From: Chrysomallon squamiferum
Taxonomy: Eukaryota; Animalia; Mollusca
Length of the DNA stretch: 64,000 nt
Reading direction: 5' to 3'
Assembly (NCBI GenBank): GCA_012295275.1
Contig: CM022665.1
Span: 31,682,001 to 31,746,000, forward strand
In this document: positions 11,601-26,600 of the stretch, in pieces
How positions within the stretch are numbered: position 1 is the stretch's first letter
Layout of the letters: every line of letters begins with the position of its first letter
Notes under the pieces: generated by a model
What the model was told of the DNA's origin: nothing
Databases searched by the model: none
The model's input: the letters and a program-made list of their open reading frames with translations, nothing else
Program-made: the position numbers and the translations under genes

Positions 11601-14600
11601 TATCATATTGTTATATGCATAACAATATTTTAAACCATATATTGAATAGATCTTAATGAACTGGCTTATTTATTTATTTATGTTTGTTTGTTTGTTTGTT
11701 TTGGGGTTATGTATGAACAAATATTAGATTACACATAGCTATAAAATGTAACTCTTGGGATGGTGAGAATAAATGGGCAAATACAATTCTTTATACTACC
11801 AAGTTATTTTACAAACTATGATGATTTTTACTCCTTCATAATTTGAGCCATAACATTTTTTCTGGCAACCCTTAGGGTCAGAAAGATATTTTTGGGAGAC
11901 CGTATGTGATCAGGGTTCAAGTTAGACTTAAAATTAGGGAGAAGTGACGTTTTCTGAAGAAGAAATGAAACAATCATTTGAATAAATTAAATGGGCTAAA
12001 AACACCAAATATTTAAATGCACAATACAGATCTTTGTACACTTAAGCAAACAGTTCAGTAATTGGGTTATAGGTAACTATACATTTTTGGAATTTTATCT
12101 TTTACAGAGCCTTGCTGAAATCAAAACAAGCAGTGTCTGGTCCATCCTTAGAAATCCTCATTCAGTGTATTATTGTTTTTCATATTCTAAGTTTTGACTT
12201 GATCCAAATTGGTGTTGAAAAAAAAAAACCTTTCACGCTGTACTACTTAGTCAGGCACCAGTGCACAACATTTCTGTTTTTAATAATACAGCATCTGTAA
12301 CAAAGTATTTTATACTCGTGCCATTAGTGGCAAAAAATTTAAACAAATGTTGTGTTCACATGTTTGTTTACGATTACTTGCTGCTTAGTACCTCATGTCT
12401 CAGACCCCTGTTTACATAGTTTTGTAAATTGTAATGTTTATTGTCCATGTAATTATATACAGATGGTTATCATGTTCATCAGTTAATTTAATTTGTATAC
12501 AAGTTTAAAAGAATTGTATTTGTCAGTCTCTAAAACAATGCATTTTTGCAGCTATTCATATAGTTGGTAATATGAACTAGTGATAAATATCCATCCTTGT
12601 AGTACTCAACTGTAGACAAAAAGTCTATCAGTTAAACATTTCAGTGAGGCTTACAGGAGAAACAAAGAAATTAGTTATCTTTACACTGTCTTCTTGGTAA
12701 CTTAGATAAATTCAGTTCAGTTCAATTCAATCCTATAAGAAACTTCAGAGCAAATCTGTTTGCATGAATGTTACAATTAAAAAATTGTCAGTGTTCAGCA
12801 TTTGTGTTAATGTTCATAATTAATTATTTTGTTGTTGTGCATTCTTTTATTACAACTAACTAAGATTGGTCAGGATAATAATGGAATGTATTTAGACTAT
12901 TTCTTGGTGGTTTTAACAAAGGTGCACTTTAAAAACTTGTTAAAGTACTGTCTTAATCTGCTAATATTTAAGTCCTAAAACAAAATATTAATCTCTTGAC
13001 AATTTACCAAACTTATTTACTTTATTTGTTTGAGTCATCACTGGTACACTTTAATTTCATTATGACTGATAATAAATAGCTTATTTTAATTTTTTCATTT
13101 CTTACAGTTATGCTGATTTTGAAGGACAGATTCGGGATTCATTTTACAGACATTTGTTTTCACATTTGCATAGTCTATTGTTATTGTCTGGCAGACTGGC
13201 AGCACAGTCTTTCATGGAACATGATAACATAAAGGCAAGTGTTTTGATATAAAAGAAAGTATTAACTTTGACCTTTAAACTTTTGAATTAATTTGCCATT
13301 TATGGGGAGTGCCATGATGCCCAGTGATAAAGATTCCACTCAAGATGGAATGGATCATATTGTCTGTCCCTTTCAGTGAACCCATAGACTGAGCTATTTC
13401 TTGTTGCAGCCAATAATCCACAACTGGAGTAACAAAGTCACTGCTATGTACTGTCCCAAGTGGGATAGTGCATATAAAAGATCCTTTGCTGTTAATTAAA
13501 TAATCACTTTGTTCGTAAAAGAAGAAAGTATTATTAGGGTATTCTTTTTTTCACCTTTTTTTTAAACTATTATTATTATTATTATTATTATTTTTTAATA
13601 ATTGCCTTAATTATAGAGAATTGCATAATGTTTAGATTGTTGTCTTACAAACAGATTTTAAGGGTATATATAATAATTATGGATAATTGTATTTCAGAGT
13701 AGTGGGGTTGGTTCTCAATACTTCCACATGCAGCTTGATCTATACTGTAGTCTGTTACATATTTATCATTTTCTGCATTACAAACTGGCTGGTATGTACT
13801 CTAAACCTCTGTTTTGAAAAGAAAATGAAAAGAAAAAATATAGGAAATATGAAATATTTTTATAAATCTTAATTTTGAAGGTACAAAAATCTTTTTCTGG
13901 ATTATAAATATTGGAATAATCATATATGAAACTGAAGAATTTTTTTTTTAAAGTAATATTATTGAAACATAATAGATTTTCACTGTGTAAATATATATTT
14001 ATCAGAATGTGTTCACTGAAAGTGACTTAAGAACTAAATTAGGAAACTTGAGTAAATAAATATTAATCATGAATTATGAACAGACATGAAAAACATGCCT
14101 AAGCAAAATTTAAAATCTGATAATTATGTTTTACTTTAAGATTTCACACCAAGCCAACATTTATGTAGGAGCAGAAATGAAGAGCTTGGAGAAGATCCTT
14201 ACTTCAAACAACTTGTTAGCATTATCTTTTGGGATTTGGTACATGTGGCTGCCATTAAGCATGACAAGGTATTTTTCAGCTAAGCTAACAGTGTCTGGGA
14301 CTAAGTTCAAGAAGAAGCAGCCACCACAATACTTCTAAATGTAATATTGGATATACACTTTAATGCTCATATTAAGAATATAATTTTGTTTCTGGGGTTG
14401 GGAAGTATGTGGTGGTTGCTGTCTAATTCATTTTGAAAAATAAATACTTAATAAAAATAAAATTTAAAAAGTCACTGGATGAACAGTAATTATTAGCTAA
14501 CAGATGTCTGGTCTCTGCCCAAAAACATGATGTGTTATTTTCAGTTTATATATTACTGTTTTTTTTGTTTTTTATTGTTTGTTTTTTCATTGTGTATGTG

Positions 14601-17600
14601 TTGATTTGGTTTTTTCATTATTTATTTTTTTATAAACACAGGTGTAGTTATAATATTTTATTTTCACTTTAACAGTTATTTTAACTTTTATTTTTAATAA
14701 TTATCACTACTGCACTAAAAATGAATTCATTTACTTGTACTAGATTACTAGTGAAAAACTTTATAATTGTGTTTGAAATCCTTCTGTGTTTCTTTTCTTC
14801 ATTCAGCTATCTCCAGCAGATTATCTGAAAGTTTCTTCTTTTCCATGCAGCTGTGTTGCTGAATTGGTTATCATCATCATTCACCTTACAACAGAACTTC
14901 ATAACCATGATGGACAAGATGTATGCATATTTTTTTCCTCTTTTTTTTTTTTCTTATGTTCCAAAATCACATGTTTGATTATTATTTGTAAATTAATTGT
15001 AAACTCTGCAAGTATTTCTATATTCTCCAATCTCTGTGACAGGTGGGACATTGTTTGGTTAGGATGCAGGGCTGAGATATGATGGGTTATAATTTTATAT
15101 TTTCCAATCTCAGGGGGCAGCTCTTTTTCAATTAGGAGGAAGGAATCTTTTATATTCACATTCCCACAGACAGGAAAACCTTCAGAGTAACAGCTTTGGA
15201 GTACTAATTGTTACAGTAGATGCAGGACTGAGATATGATGGTTTATATTTTTATATTTGCCAATCTCAGTGGTATTAGGTGCAGGGTTTGGTTACGGTGC
15301 ATATTTGAGATGTGATGGGTTTTATGATCCATCATCTTCCGCACCCCTCACTGGGCCATTTTCCGTTATAACTAGAACTCACCAGCTAGTACTTTAAAGC
15401 TTTCCAGTCTGTGGAAATGTAAATACTAACTGAAAATTAGTAGCCCACTGTGTTGTAGGTGAAGGATTCCTCTGCTTTTTTCTGTTGTTCTTAACCAGGT
15501 TTACACTTCAACATTACTGTAAAATATCCTCTTGAGTACAGTCAATGAAAACTTTAGCAGTCACAATATGTTGAATTGTAACAGAATCACTGGTGTGTCT
15601 TAACAAATTCTTACAAGATATCACTATATGTGGACATCATCAGCTTTAACATAGTTAACTTTTTGTACTGTTAATGTTCAGTGGTGATACGCATTAGTAT
15701 GTTAAAAATGTGTTAAATAAAATAATAGCATTCTATTTGCTCAAACATTTCAAAGTCATGTAATTTCTGTAGTACAAAACCAACTGTTTAATATTCAAGT
15801 TTATCCATCATTGAATATCTCATTCTAACATTATTCTGTTTATTTATATTGGTGTTTTTTTACTTTTTAATTTGAAATATAACTTTTAATTTTCAGTCAT
15901 TCTGGGTTCAGTTTCACAGTGTTGTCCAGACTCTGTGTCAGGGTACAGATGTAAATGACCAATTGAAGGATATAGGTATGAAATGTATTTATAATCAGTG
16001 ATGTAATTAAGAATGAAAATAAATAGTAGTATAACTAAAAAACACAACAGTGGCAAATAACCAATTTTAAAGATAGAAATTTTCTAGTCCGAGTATTCTC
16101 TGGTGGAGAACATTTGAGACAGACTTCTGGGTTGTATTTGCTGGTTATCTGACAGAGTTAGGTCTATATCGTTTTTTGGCTAATCTTTGCATCTAATATA
16201 TACATTTAACAGTAAATTTGGTTTTACATTCATTTAGGTTGGCCATTTTCGAGTTCACTGGTACAATAAAATGTACTGATTAGTTGTGCATAGACCTGCT
16301 ACAAGAAGAAACCCAGTATCCCTATAAAAAAATCACCAACCTTGGAAACATTCAGACATGTCTGAATCAACCTAAAGAATGACATAACAATCAGCTGATT
16401 AACACATGACAACTTTTCAGTGCAATGCACACAAAGGTTTGTCTCAGTAAAGATGGTTGATATAATGGAGGACCTCACTAAATGTGTTCTTAAAGAACAT
16501 TTGTTTTGATTTTGATGTTGTTTGTTCTATTTTACATTTCCCACTGGATATGAAAATCTATTTTAAAATTGTCATTTAAGGTCTAAACTAGCAATTAAGC
16601 ACTAATGAAATAACTTTGAATGATATGAGACATACTGTGTATTGAGACAATCCCTAGTTTTCCTCATGCTGAAAAGCTATCATGTGTTAATCAAGTGACT
16701 GTTACATCACTATTTAGGTCAATTCAAATATGTCCGAAGATCTCCAAATTAGTGGTTTATAACAGGGGTCTTGGGTTTCTTCTTGTGTGTGTATGTACAA
16801 CTACACATCACTTTGTATAGTACCAGTGAACTCAGAAATGGCTGATCTAAATGAATGTTAAGCCAAAGTTACTGTTAAGTGAGCATACCAGCCGGAATTG
16901 TTACTAACTGTTAATTACCCATTGGAGAAAACATTTGGTTCATACATACCCCTTTCCAAATATGGCATAACAGCTTCAGTATGGTTATTGATTACGTGAG
17001 CTAAATGTGCTTGGTGCATTAGCTGGAGGAAATGCAAAACCATAATTTTAAAAAATAAATAAATGGTTAGAGACCATATATGAGAGTCAGATGAGGATGG
17101 TTATCATTTTGTTTTCAGTGACCTGTACAAATATTTATTTTACACTTTACATATGCTGTTGTTGAATTTTGCTTGCATGCATGCTTCTAGGTGTACATGT
17201 ACCACAGTTTGAAAACCTCTGTCTTAAGAATGTTTAAAAAGCAAACAAGAATCTTTTAAATACAATATATGTATTGTTTTATAAATTCTTTTTTATTCTG
17301 TATACATTGTTATATTAAATTTTATTTGTGATGATAATTTGTAATAAAACTTGTGGACATAACTATGCAAATTATTGTTGTATTGTATAATATTTTACAG
17401 TTCACAAAAGAATATTGGGCAAACAAAGAGTATAAAACAATTTTTCCTTTTTCTTTTAAAAGAAATACAAACATAAATAGTAATTTATTGATTTCAGTAA
17501 GAATTTCTTCTGACATTACTTCTTTAAAATGTCTGTTTTATAAATTAGTAAAACATTTGACCTTTTATTAGGTGAAACCTACGTACATTATCTTAATTCA

Positions 17601-20600
17601 CTATGCAGTATCTTCAGGTATAATTAATTCTTTAAATTATTATGTGAATAGAAAATTTTAAATTTGTTTTATTGTTATATGTTTGTTTCTGTCATGTTTA
17701 TGATTTAATGGAAAAATAGTTTCGCTTAATGTGTTTCTTTGATTCCACTGTTGTTATTGTTGGGTTTTTGTTTTGTTTTTTCTTCTCTTTTCTTTACATG
17801 TAATTTTTCCTTTACTAATTGATATATTGGATTGCAGATAGTGATGTTGTTATTATCCCATCATTATCCCTTCCTAAGAATCCAGTGAGCTTCAGCATGT
17901 GGTTGGTAACTCATATAGCACATCTGTTCACATATGATGTTGTTGGCAACTCTAGAACATTGGTTAGTCTTTTGTTGTTCTGTGTATTGTTACTGTTCAC
18001 AACTGAATAAAATTCATAACTATTGATTTTTTTTTAATACTTTATTTTTAAAAAGAAAGAAAGGCGTACTAATAAACTTAAGTTATTTTTGATAAACATG
18101 CAATTTAATTGTCAGACAATAAACCTATATTTGAATACTATTTTTCATTGATTATCAACAAAAATTAAAAAATACAATTTTTGCAAAAGATATATTTTAG
18201 ATTGGGTATACAGAGATTATTTTAAAATAGTTCTAATATAATGAAAATATTGCCATTTAAATTTAATGATTTATTTGTACAGGGACCTCTTGATAGCAGT
18301 TATCTCCTTCTGAAGAACATCATGCAGAAGAAATTATCTGAGGTAAGATCAATCTCATTATGACTCTTGTGCCAAATGATTAGATGGTATAGCTAAGGCA
18401 TGAAAGAATACATGACCAATCCTTTTCAGTGTATTTATTAGGCTATTTCCAGAATCAACCATGGTCATGGTATTTCTGTACAAAGGTGTATGTAAAAGAT
18501 CCCTTTCAGCTAACTGAAAAGAAAAAGAACAGTACATCAGATTCCCTCTTTGTATGAAGCCATGCTGTCCAATTGTCCTTGGACTTGCTTATTTATGTTT
18601 GGCAAGCATTTTTATTTCTATTTAGAATTTTTCATAAAAATTATCTGCATGACAGATAAATTTCATATCATTTTTCTATACATTTTAAAATTTGTTTAAG
18701 TTTTTACTGAAGTGCCGTTTAAAGAGTCAATATTTGCCTGCAGCAACAATGATTTGCTTACAGATGTGATCATATATGTTCTTCATGTAGTTTTATAGTT
18801 TAACAGTATAATAAACATTCAAAACCTGACTAATCCTTCTACATCACTTGTCTCAAAATCAGCTTACTCAAATTGTGCTTTTTTTGGTAAATGAATGTAG
18901 CTAGTCTGGACTTGGAGTTTTATTTTGTTCAGACATATAGTGATCTATCATATATATATATAATGATGCTACAACTACAGAAGAATGTCTCATATATATT
19001 TTTAAATATCTTTGTTGTTGTACTTCATTTTTAAGACTGAAGACAAAATTATGAAGAAAAATATATATATCTGGATTATTTGTTCATATCATCAAAGTTA
19101 CACTTTAAATAATATACATGTAATGTAAAATAGATGTATTCATTTTGTTTTTAGACATCTGTAACAGAAGCAGAGCTTCGTGCTGTTCTCCGTTGTTGTC
19201 TTTCTCTGACAAATATTTGGAAACCAGACACAACAATTCTTATACAGCTGTGGGAATTTTTCTATCGCAGACTGGTTAGTCAGTTTCATTGTAATAGCTA
19301 TGACAAGTAATCTGCTCATAATTGAATCTTTGGAATAGTACTTAAAATGACACTGGCACATTTAGAAAGAAGCTTATGCTCTGTTGAATAATAATTTGAC
19401 AATGTGTTGAGCTCTCTCCTTTTTTAAAATTTATTATTCTTTTTCTTTTTTTTCTTGTGAATATGGTAACAGAATAGGAGTGAATTTATTCCAAATCGAT
19501 AATAGTTGAAATTTGTGATATTAGAAATTTCTTCTATAAAATGTATTTAAAGAAATGACTGAAAATCTCTCAACTCTTAATTTAATGACATACAAATCTG
19601 TGCATTATTAGTGCTTTATTGATGCCTCTATTTTTGTTTTAGTTTCACTATCAATATTACTAATTTTTTATTATTAATACTATTTTTGTCTTTTTTAGAA
19701 TAACACTTTTCAATTATCAGGAACAAGTGTTGAAGGACTTGCATCTATCAGGTAAAATTAATCATAAATTTCTCTTTTCCAGGATTTTGTGATTTTAAAA
19801 TCAGGGCCTAAAAAGAAAAAGACAAAACTAAACCAAACAGATTCTATCAGTCAACAGTAATAATGTAAACATTTATTTCCATACTTAATTCTTCTTTTTT
19901 TCTTCTTTTTTCTTTTTTTTAATATTAAACATTTTGTAGATTTAATTATGTGCATTAATTTAAAATCGTTGAAGAAAAATATATCTGCCATGTTTTCTTT
20001 TTTTTTTTAATTGCTAGATTGGTGCGTCAAAATCTGATATATCATGAATACAATTAGAAAACTTTTATCATATTTTGGGATAAAGAGGAGATTTATATAT
20101 TATGTTTATTTAATGATTTTGAAAATTCATTGGTTTTTAATGTATTTGACCACATTTCCTAAAATATATTAAATAATGCCAATTTTATTTATTTATTAAA
20201 CTTTCTTTTTTCTTCTTTTTTTCTCTTTTTTAAAAGATTATGATATGAGCAGGTTTTTTTTTTTTCAGACATTATCAATACTCTATTTATTTAGTTTTAA
20301 TGTCAGTAAGTTATTTTCAATAAGCATAATTTGTAAAATGAATAATTTTTCTGAAATTTTTAGTCAAAACACACATTTTCTTCTGGATCAGTGCAGAAAG
20401 TGGAGCTCAGGTCAAGAAAATGGGTAATTTCATTTGATTCTTGTTATTCAAAACTTTCCTTTTTGTGTGCTCCTTCTTTAAGTTCTTATAAATTAGCTTG
20501 GTTGACATAAATATTTAGACTAAAAATTAGTGATTCATTTTTTTTATATATGTACTAGAAATTGTTATGTCAGAAAGTAATGATAAAGTTCCAATTTTTG

Positions 20601-23600
20601 TACATGTAAAATAAATTAGAAAGTATATTCATGTGGCAGTATTTAAAACTTTTATGTTAGTATAGTTTCAACAATATTTCCATTGAAAAGTAGTGTTATT
20701 AACAAATTGCCTAAATATATATTTGTTTCTCTTCCAAGTAACTGATTTTATTAATAATAAAGAATAAAGATATTATAAAGAAATGTGGAATGCATACCTT
20801 AAACATAGACATTTTTTTTTTTTAAATTAACATAATGCATTTGAAGAGACATCATCAGTGATAAACTTCACTTGTCAAGAATTCATTTTAAAATGCAGTG
20901 CTTTAATTTTTCTGATTATTAGGATTGACAAAGAAAATAGTTTTCAGCTGTTTCTTTGTCTTCTTGGATGGCAGCTGTCTAGACTAGTCAAAGCAGGATC
21001 ATTACAAGAATGGAGACAGATCAAAGGAAGGTAGCCATTCCCAAATGATCATGTTTATGAAATAGATAAATGGAAGATAATAAATAGAAAAAATAAATTG
21101 TATTTAAAATGAATGACTGAAATGTGATAGCTTGTATAATCAGTCTTTTGCAGCCTTATTTATCAAAATATATGTCATCAGCTATTTTGGCTATGGGAAA
21201 GTTTCTATCAAAGAGTTCTTACCCGTTTGAAAAAGAGTAGTCCAGTCAGTTTTTTTTCTTGCTGTCTATATGGTACTTAACCACAGATATAACATAAAAT
21301 AACTATAGATAAAAAAGTGTTATTAAATGTCTCTCTAAATAAAACTTTCTTTCCTTTTTTTTTTTTTTTTTTTTGAAAACCAAACTACCACATTTTAAAA
21401 AAGAAAACATTAACAAATATGCAGGCTGTTGAAATGAGCTGATGCATTTGAAACTGTTCTAATCAAGGGTTTGTTACTTATAACTTCTGTTCTCTGTAAA
21501 CATCTTATTTAAATGTTGTTGTTTTTTTAAATTACAGATTTTTCTCAAAGTTTCATCAGCGTCGAATGCAGGAATTGACAGAAAGTGGTTTACAAAACTT
21601 CACCTGTTTGTTTCTCACTCTGGCTTTATCTACTGATCTGGAAGATGTGGTAATTACCTGTTTTCTTTTCACTTTTCTATATTTCCGTAACAAATAATAC
21701 AGTTTACTTCAGTTTTCTTTTTCGTTTTGTTTTTAATTTAGTTGCTAATAATAATATTTAAAATATATATATATATTTCCTTTTGTAAGGTTTAAATATG
21801 TATGTTTTGATACTTTGGTACCCCATCATTATTAAATGAAAAATAATGGAAAACACTGTAGTTGTATAAAACAAACATTTAAAAATAACAAAGTGCATTG
21901 ATACAATTTTATCTTCATTTAAAACTTTCTATGTTGAAAAAAACCACCTAAATGAATAGATAGAGATATATTAATTAATTAATTAATTTATTTTTTTAAA
22001 GACAAGCAAACTTTGTACTTTCTATGACATGGTTGAATGTGTGGAAACAAGTATTCAGAAAAGATGTCTTGTTTGGCTTGGAGGATTGTCACTGGCTCAG
22101 ATTTACACTGAGAGAGGAAAAGACATGGCATTCTTAGCTGAAAATCTTGTTCACTCATTTAATTCTGTTTGCCAGTAAGTTGTTGAAAAGTATTGCTTAA
22201 TTGAAAACAATTAGACATTAAACTTTGATATGTTGAGTTACCCAGAAATTTAAACATTTTTCTTAAATTTGAAATCTGAGTGACCTAATAAAGATTGATG
22301 AAAGTTTTCATTTCTGAAAAACTTCTCTATTCATTTAACATTAAAATGATTCTATAATAAAAACAAGTTAGCCTTTGATATGATACATTTAAACATTGAT
22401 ACACTTGTATTTAGATATTTTATAATTACATTTTTTAAAAACATAAAGGCAAATATAACACTGGTTACAACGGGTTGTAATGCTTATAACTTTTAATTCT
22501 TCCACAGAAGAAATACTAATTCAGCATTGTTAAAACTTTTATTATTATTATTTTTAATGTTTTGTTGTTTTGTGTGACATTTTTTTTATATCTTCCTCAT
22601 TAATGTAATTAATTAACTGACATATTTATTTATTTAAAGAGAGTTCAGTGAATCTGAATTAGATCCATCTCGACGTCACAGTTTGTGGAAGATGATTAGC
22701 TTGTATCTTGAGGCCGTACAAGATATTTTTGAAAACAGTGAGAATCTGGATTGTTCAGAACACATCCTACTTGGTAAGAAAGTATTTTACATGTTAACTG
22801 CTGTAAAGAATTCCATTCATTTTTGTTATAAAATGTAGATTTACCATTTAAAACGAATAATATTTTTAAAGCTGACCTTTAAAATAACATTTTTTGTTGC
22901 ACTTATTTATTTATGTTTAATTTTTTGTTTTCTTTTTTCTTTCCTTTTTTTAATTTGAAGATCATAATAAAAACAGCAATAACAACTGTTATTATTTTCT
23001 TTTAAGGCATGGTACAACAGTAAATTTTGAATTTTAAAATAGCTAAAATAAACAGAGTTAGTGCATAGTAAATGATAATACACTGAACCCTAAATGCAAA
23101 AATGCTATCTGTTCAAGTTTATTGCATTCTGTTGCCATCTAAACCAATATAAACAGCCAGAACTTTAACAATTGGTTTCTCAGCTACAAAATACATCACA
23201 GAGGAACATTTTTTTTTTTTTTTTTTTTCTAGAAGAGCACATATCACCAAATCTGTCTGTTGTAATGTCAAGAAGATGCCAATGTACAAGTGTACCAAGT
23301 TTCATTAGAATAGAATAGATTGTTCCTGGGAAACTTTGATTTATGTTACATGCAGATTGAAAAATGGAAAATGAGAAAAATACAAAAATATGAAGAGAAA
23401 CGTGTTTAGACCCTATGAATTATTTCTCAATCTTGCTTTAAAACTCAGTGAGTCATTGAGCAACAAGTATAAAGTCATTTGTTTCCCATTTAAAACATGT
23501 TCAAGTGTTATTGCACAAACCAAAAGGGTCCAGTATTGAAGGTGCTGAAGTAAACAAAGACAAAGATGATTCACATGCAGTTGGATTCAGTGTTTATTCT

Positions 23601-26600
23601 TGCTAAAATTATGATTTGTTTGCTTGGTCTTTGCACAAGCAAAAGTTTTTTTTTATTGCTTGTCTTTCTAGTTTCTGTGTAGATTCGTAAACAAATGCCC
23701 TTTTTTAGAGGCATGTCAGTCATGTGATCCAGTCTGGCAAATTGAATAGGTGCTTTCCACATCACATGCAGTAACTGAACATTCTGTTGAATGGTAGGCT
23801 TAGGAAATGAGTTATTATCTGAATGTGACCTAGTTATCATAACAAAACTCTGAAATAGTACAGGGGAAGTAATGTAGGTTAGTTTTGTATGCAATACTTG
23901 ATCATTAATGTAAAGACAATGGCTGCCACTAGAATCTAAAACAAACACAAATGTGAATGGGTAGTGTTAGTAAATGTATTTTTACTCCTGAAAAAAAGAC
24001 ATTTTTAACTAAATTGAGGTATGGGACCCAGAAGTAGACATGATCAGGAATGTAAGTCTCTAAAAAACTAAAAATCACCAGTTGACCCAAATTTTGCATT
24101 TTCGACATTGCCTTAAATTATTTATTTGTAGATAATAATCTTTGTTTTTTCTTTATAATTAGAAGTTTGGGGAAACCAAAATGAACCCCTGAAGGAAACT
24201 GATGTAGTTAAATAAAATTAAAATATTAACTTTTATCTTTCAGGAAATGGAATTGGTTTTCTTCTGCCTGTCGGTAGAGATAATGAATTGAGGTTTATCT
24301 TGATGACTTTCTATTCAGTTTTATCCACATTCAGGTGATGTGTTTCTCTTTATTATTAGTATTATAATAATGATACTGTATTATTTGCGGAAAATAATCA
24401 ATATATATTATCTAATCAGTTAGTTACAGATAATAAATCCAATTAAGTACATCTGATTTTTATTTCCATGTGTGTATGTTCTCTGTTAAATGTTATTTAG
24501 CAGTATTATCACAAATCCACAATAACCTAACTCAAAAATTTAATCAATATCTCCTAATAACTTGAAAAATCTGTAACATATATTATACCTTATGTTATTA
24601 TTTTAAAACAATTTCTATTTCATCACCTTTTAAAAATCTTCCAGACTACACAATTTTGTCTCAGGTTTGTTTAGATTTGTATTATTAACAGTTGTGGATA
24701 ATTATAAGTTATAACTTTTGTTGTTTAATTTAAGATCAGTTTTAAAGTGAAAATATTTATCTTACTATCAATTTCTTTGTTATTTTTAGAAGATTTATAC
24801 AGAAAAAAAAAAAATTATTCACATCTTTTTCTTTTTTTTTCCCTAATTTTTGAAGAAACAAAAAATAAAATTACTTTTTTTCTAAATTTTCAGGAAAGTG
24901 TTTTTAAAAATAAACTCTTGTCAAGGAGACAGACTGAAAACTCAGTTTAAAAATTTAGAACTTCAATATATAGGTAAATTAAAAAGACTAGAAAATAGAC
25001 ACTTTAAATATTTGACTTATGTACATTGCTGCATGAATAATCAGCCATATTTTTATAAAATTAGGAGTTTGAAGTAACTGTTTGTTATTCATTTGAAGTC
25101 TGACTTTTGTAAATCGTAAAACAACAATAGAGTGAAGAAACCTGGATGTAGACATTTTCTTTTCTTTATTGCAGAAATGTCAATAATTTCATTATTAAAT
25201 AGTAAAATTTAGATGGCTACTGATATATTTTTTTTATCAATTCTTCTTATTTTATATATATTTTAATACAAAAACAGTATTGTTTACTTTGAAATATTGA
25301 ACATTTTGTAAGTGCCATAATGGATCCATAATAAAAAAATTAAAATATATATATATAATCTAAGATTTTCTATCATTCTTAAATTCTTAATAGCTGAGAT
25401 GAGGAATATAAATTGACTTTCTATTTTTTATTTCTATTTTTATTTATTTATTTATTTATTATTATTATTTTTTTAATTTGAATAGCTTAAAAAATCAAAT
25501 TCTTTAAAAAATAAGAAAACAAAAAGTGTCACAGAAATAAATAATATAGCCTTGTAATTTTAATAACAAATTAAATTGTTTTGTTTTAGCGCTGAGCCCA
25601 CTTCTTTGGAATCATGTGTATCTATTTATCAAGGAACATTCAACAACTCGGACTCCACCCATGTGTCTTGCTGATCTGGCTGCAGTCATCTGTCTTCTTT
25701 GCAAAGACTTGTAAGTTTGATGGAAAAACAAACATGCCTTTCAAGTCACTATGTGTACTTAGTTTCTCATAGATTGTCTAGAAAATATTTAGAATATCAG
25801 GAGTGGTGTTTTTAATCATGATTTCACAAAATGCTTACATAACACTTTTTAAAATTAGATTAAAGCAACAAAATGCATTAGTATGTTAGTTGTTTACATG
25901 ACAGGTTACTTTAATGCTTTTTGAAGTTTAAGAATTTTTTCAATCTTTTTTAATGCACAGGAGTGAATGAAATTTCATTGTCAGACTTTTCTGTTTTCAA
26001 TAAATGATAGGAGTCCTAAATTAGTGAATTAGTATTCATCAGTATGAAATAAACAGTTTGCTGTGACACATTGTTATTTTAAAGGTGTTTGTGTCTGAGT
26101 GTGTAAAGTATAATAATATTAGTACTGTTCTTCATTTAATAAATTACAGCAATTATTAATTATATATTATAATGATTTATATTTTTAATTTTAGATCCAG
26201 TCTTCAGTCACCAACAAACAATTTCAAAACAGTTTTCTTCCATTTTGCTAACGCAGACAATGTCCATGTTGGGTAAAACAAAGATATATTTTAATTTAAA
26301 CTATTCATTTTTGTAATCAGGTGTAAAATTTCAGTGTAAATAAATAACATTTTTATTAAAGTCTAATTTCTTAATTACACAGTTTAAGAATCAAAATACG
26401 TATAGTTGTTAAATACTTTTCATTTATTCATGTATATAGGGGAAAATGTGGTCATGTTCCTGAATAAGATGTTGAATTTAAATGATTTCACTGAACTTTA
26501 CACTTTTGAAAAAATTTATCATTTTATAAATAAATTTAGGATATGAGTTAATTATTAAAACATATTTTGTTCATAATCATTATCTTACAACAGGACTAAG

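Noticed and set aside
14126-14338. ORF-track frame ISHQANIYVG... over MMS22L exon 8
   Set aside because: Wrong frame. The phase-1 frame (IIFWDLVHVAAIKHDK) fits both phase and MMS22L similarity.
17572-17617. AG/GT-bounded 46-nt segment in MMS22L intron 10
   Set aside because: Frameshifting, weak donor, and not needed for the continuous model.
23240-23330. gtaccaagtttca-type motif, also near 54328, resembling mollusc DNA-transposon or Helitron-like remnants
   Set aside because: Too degraded to define ends or family.
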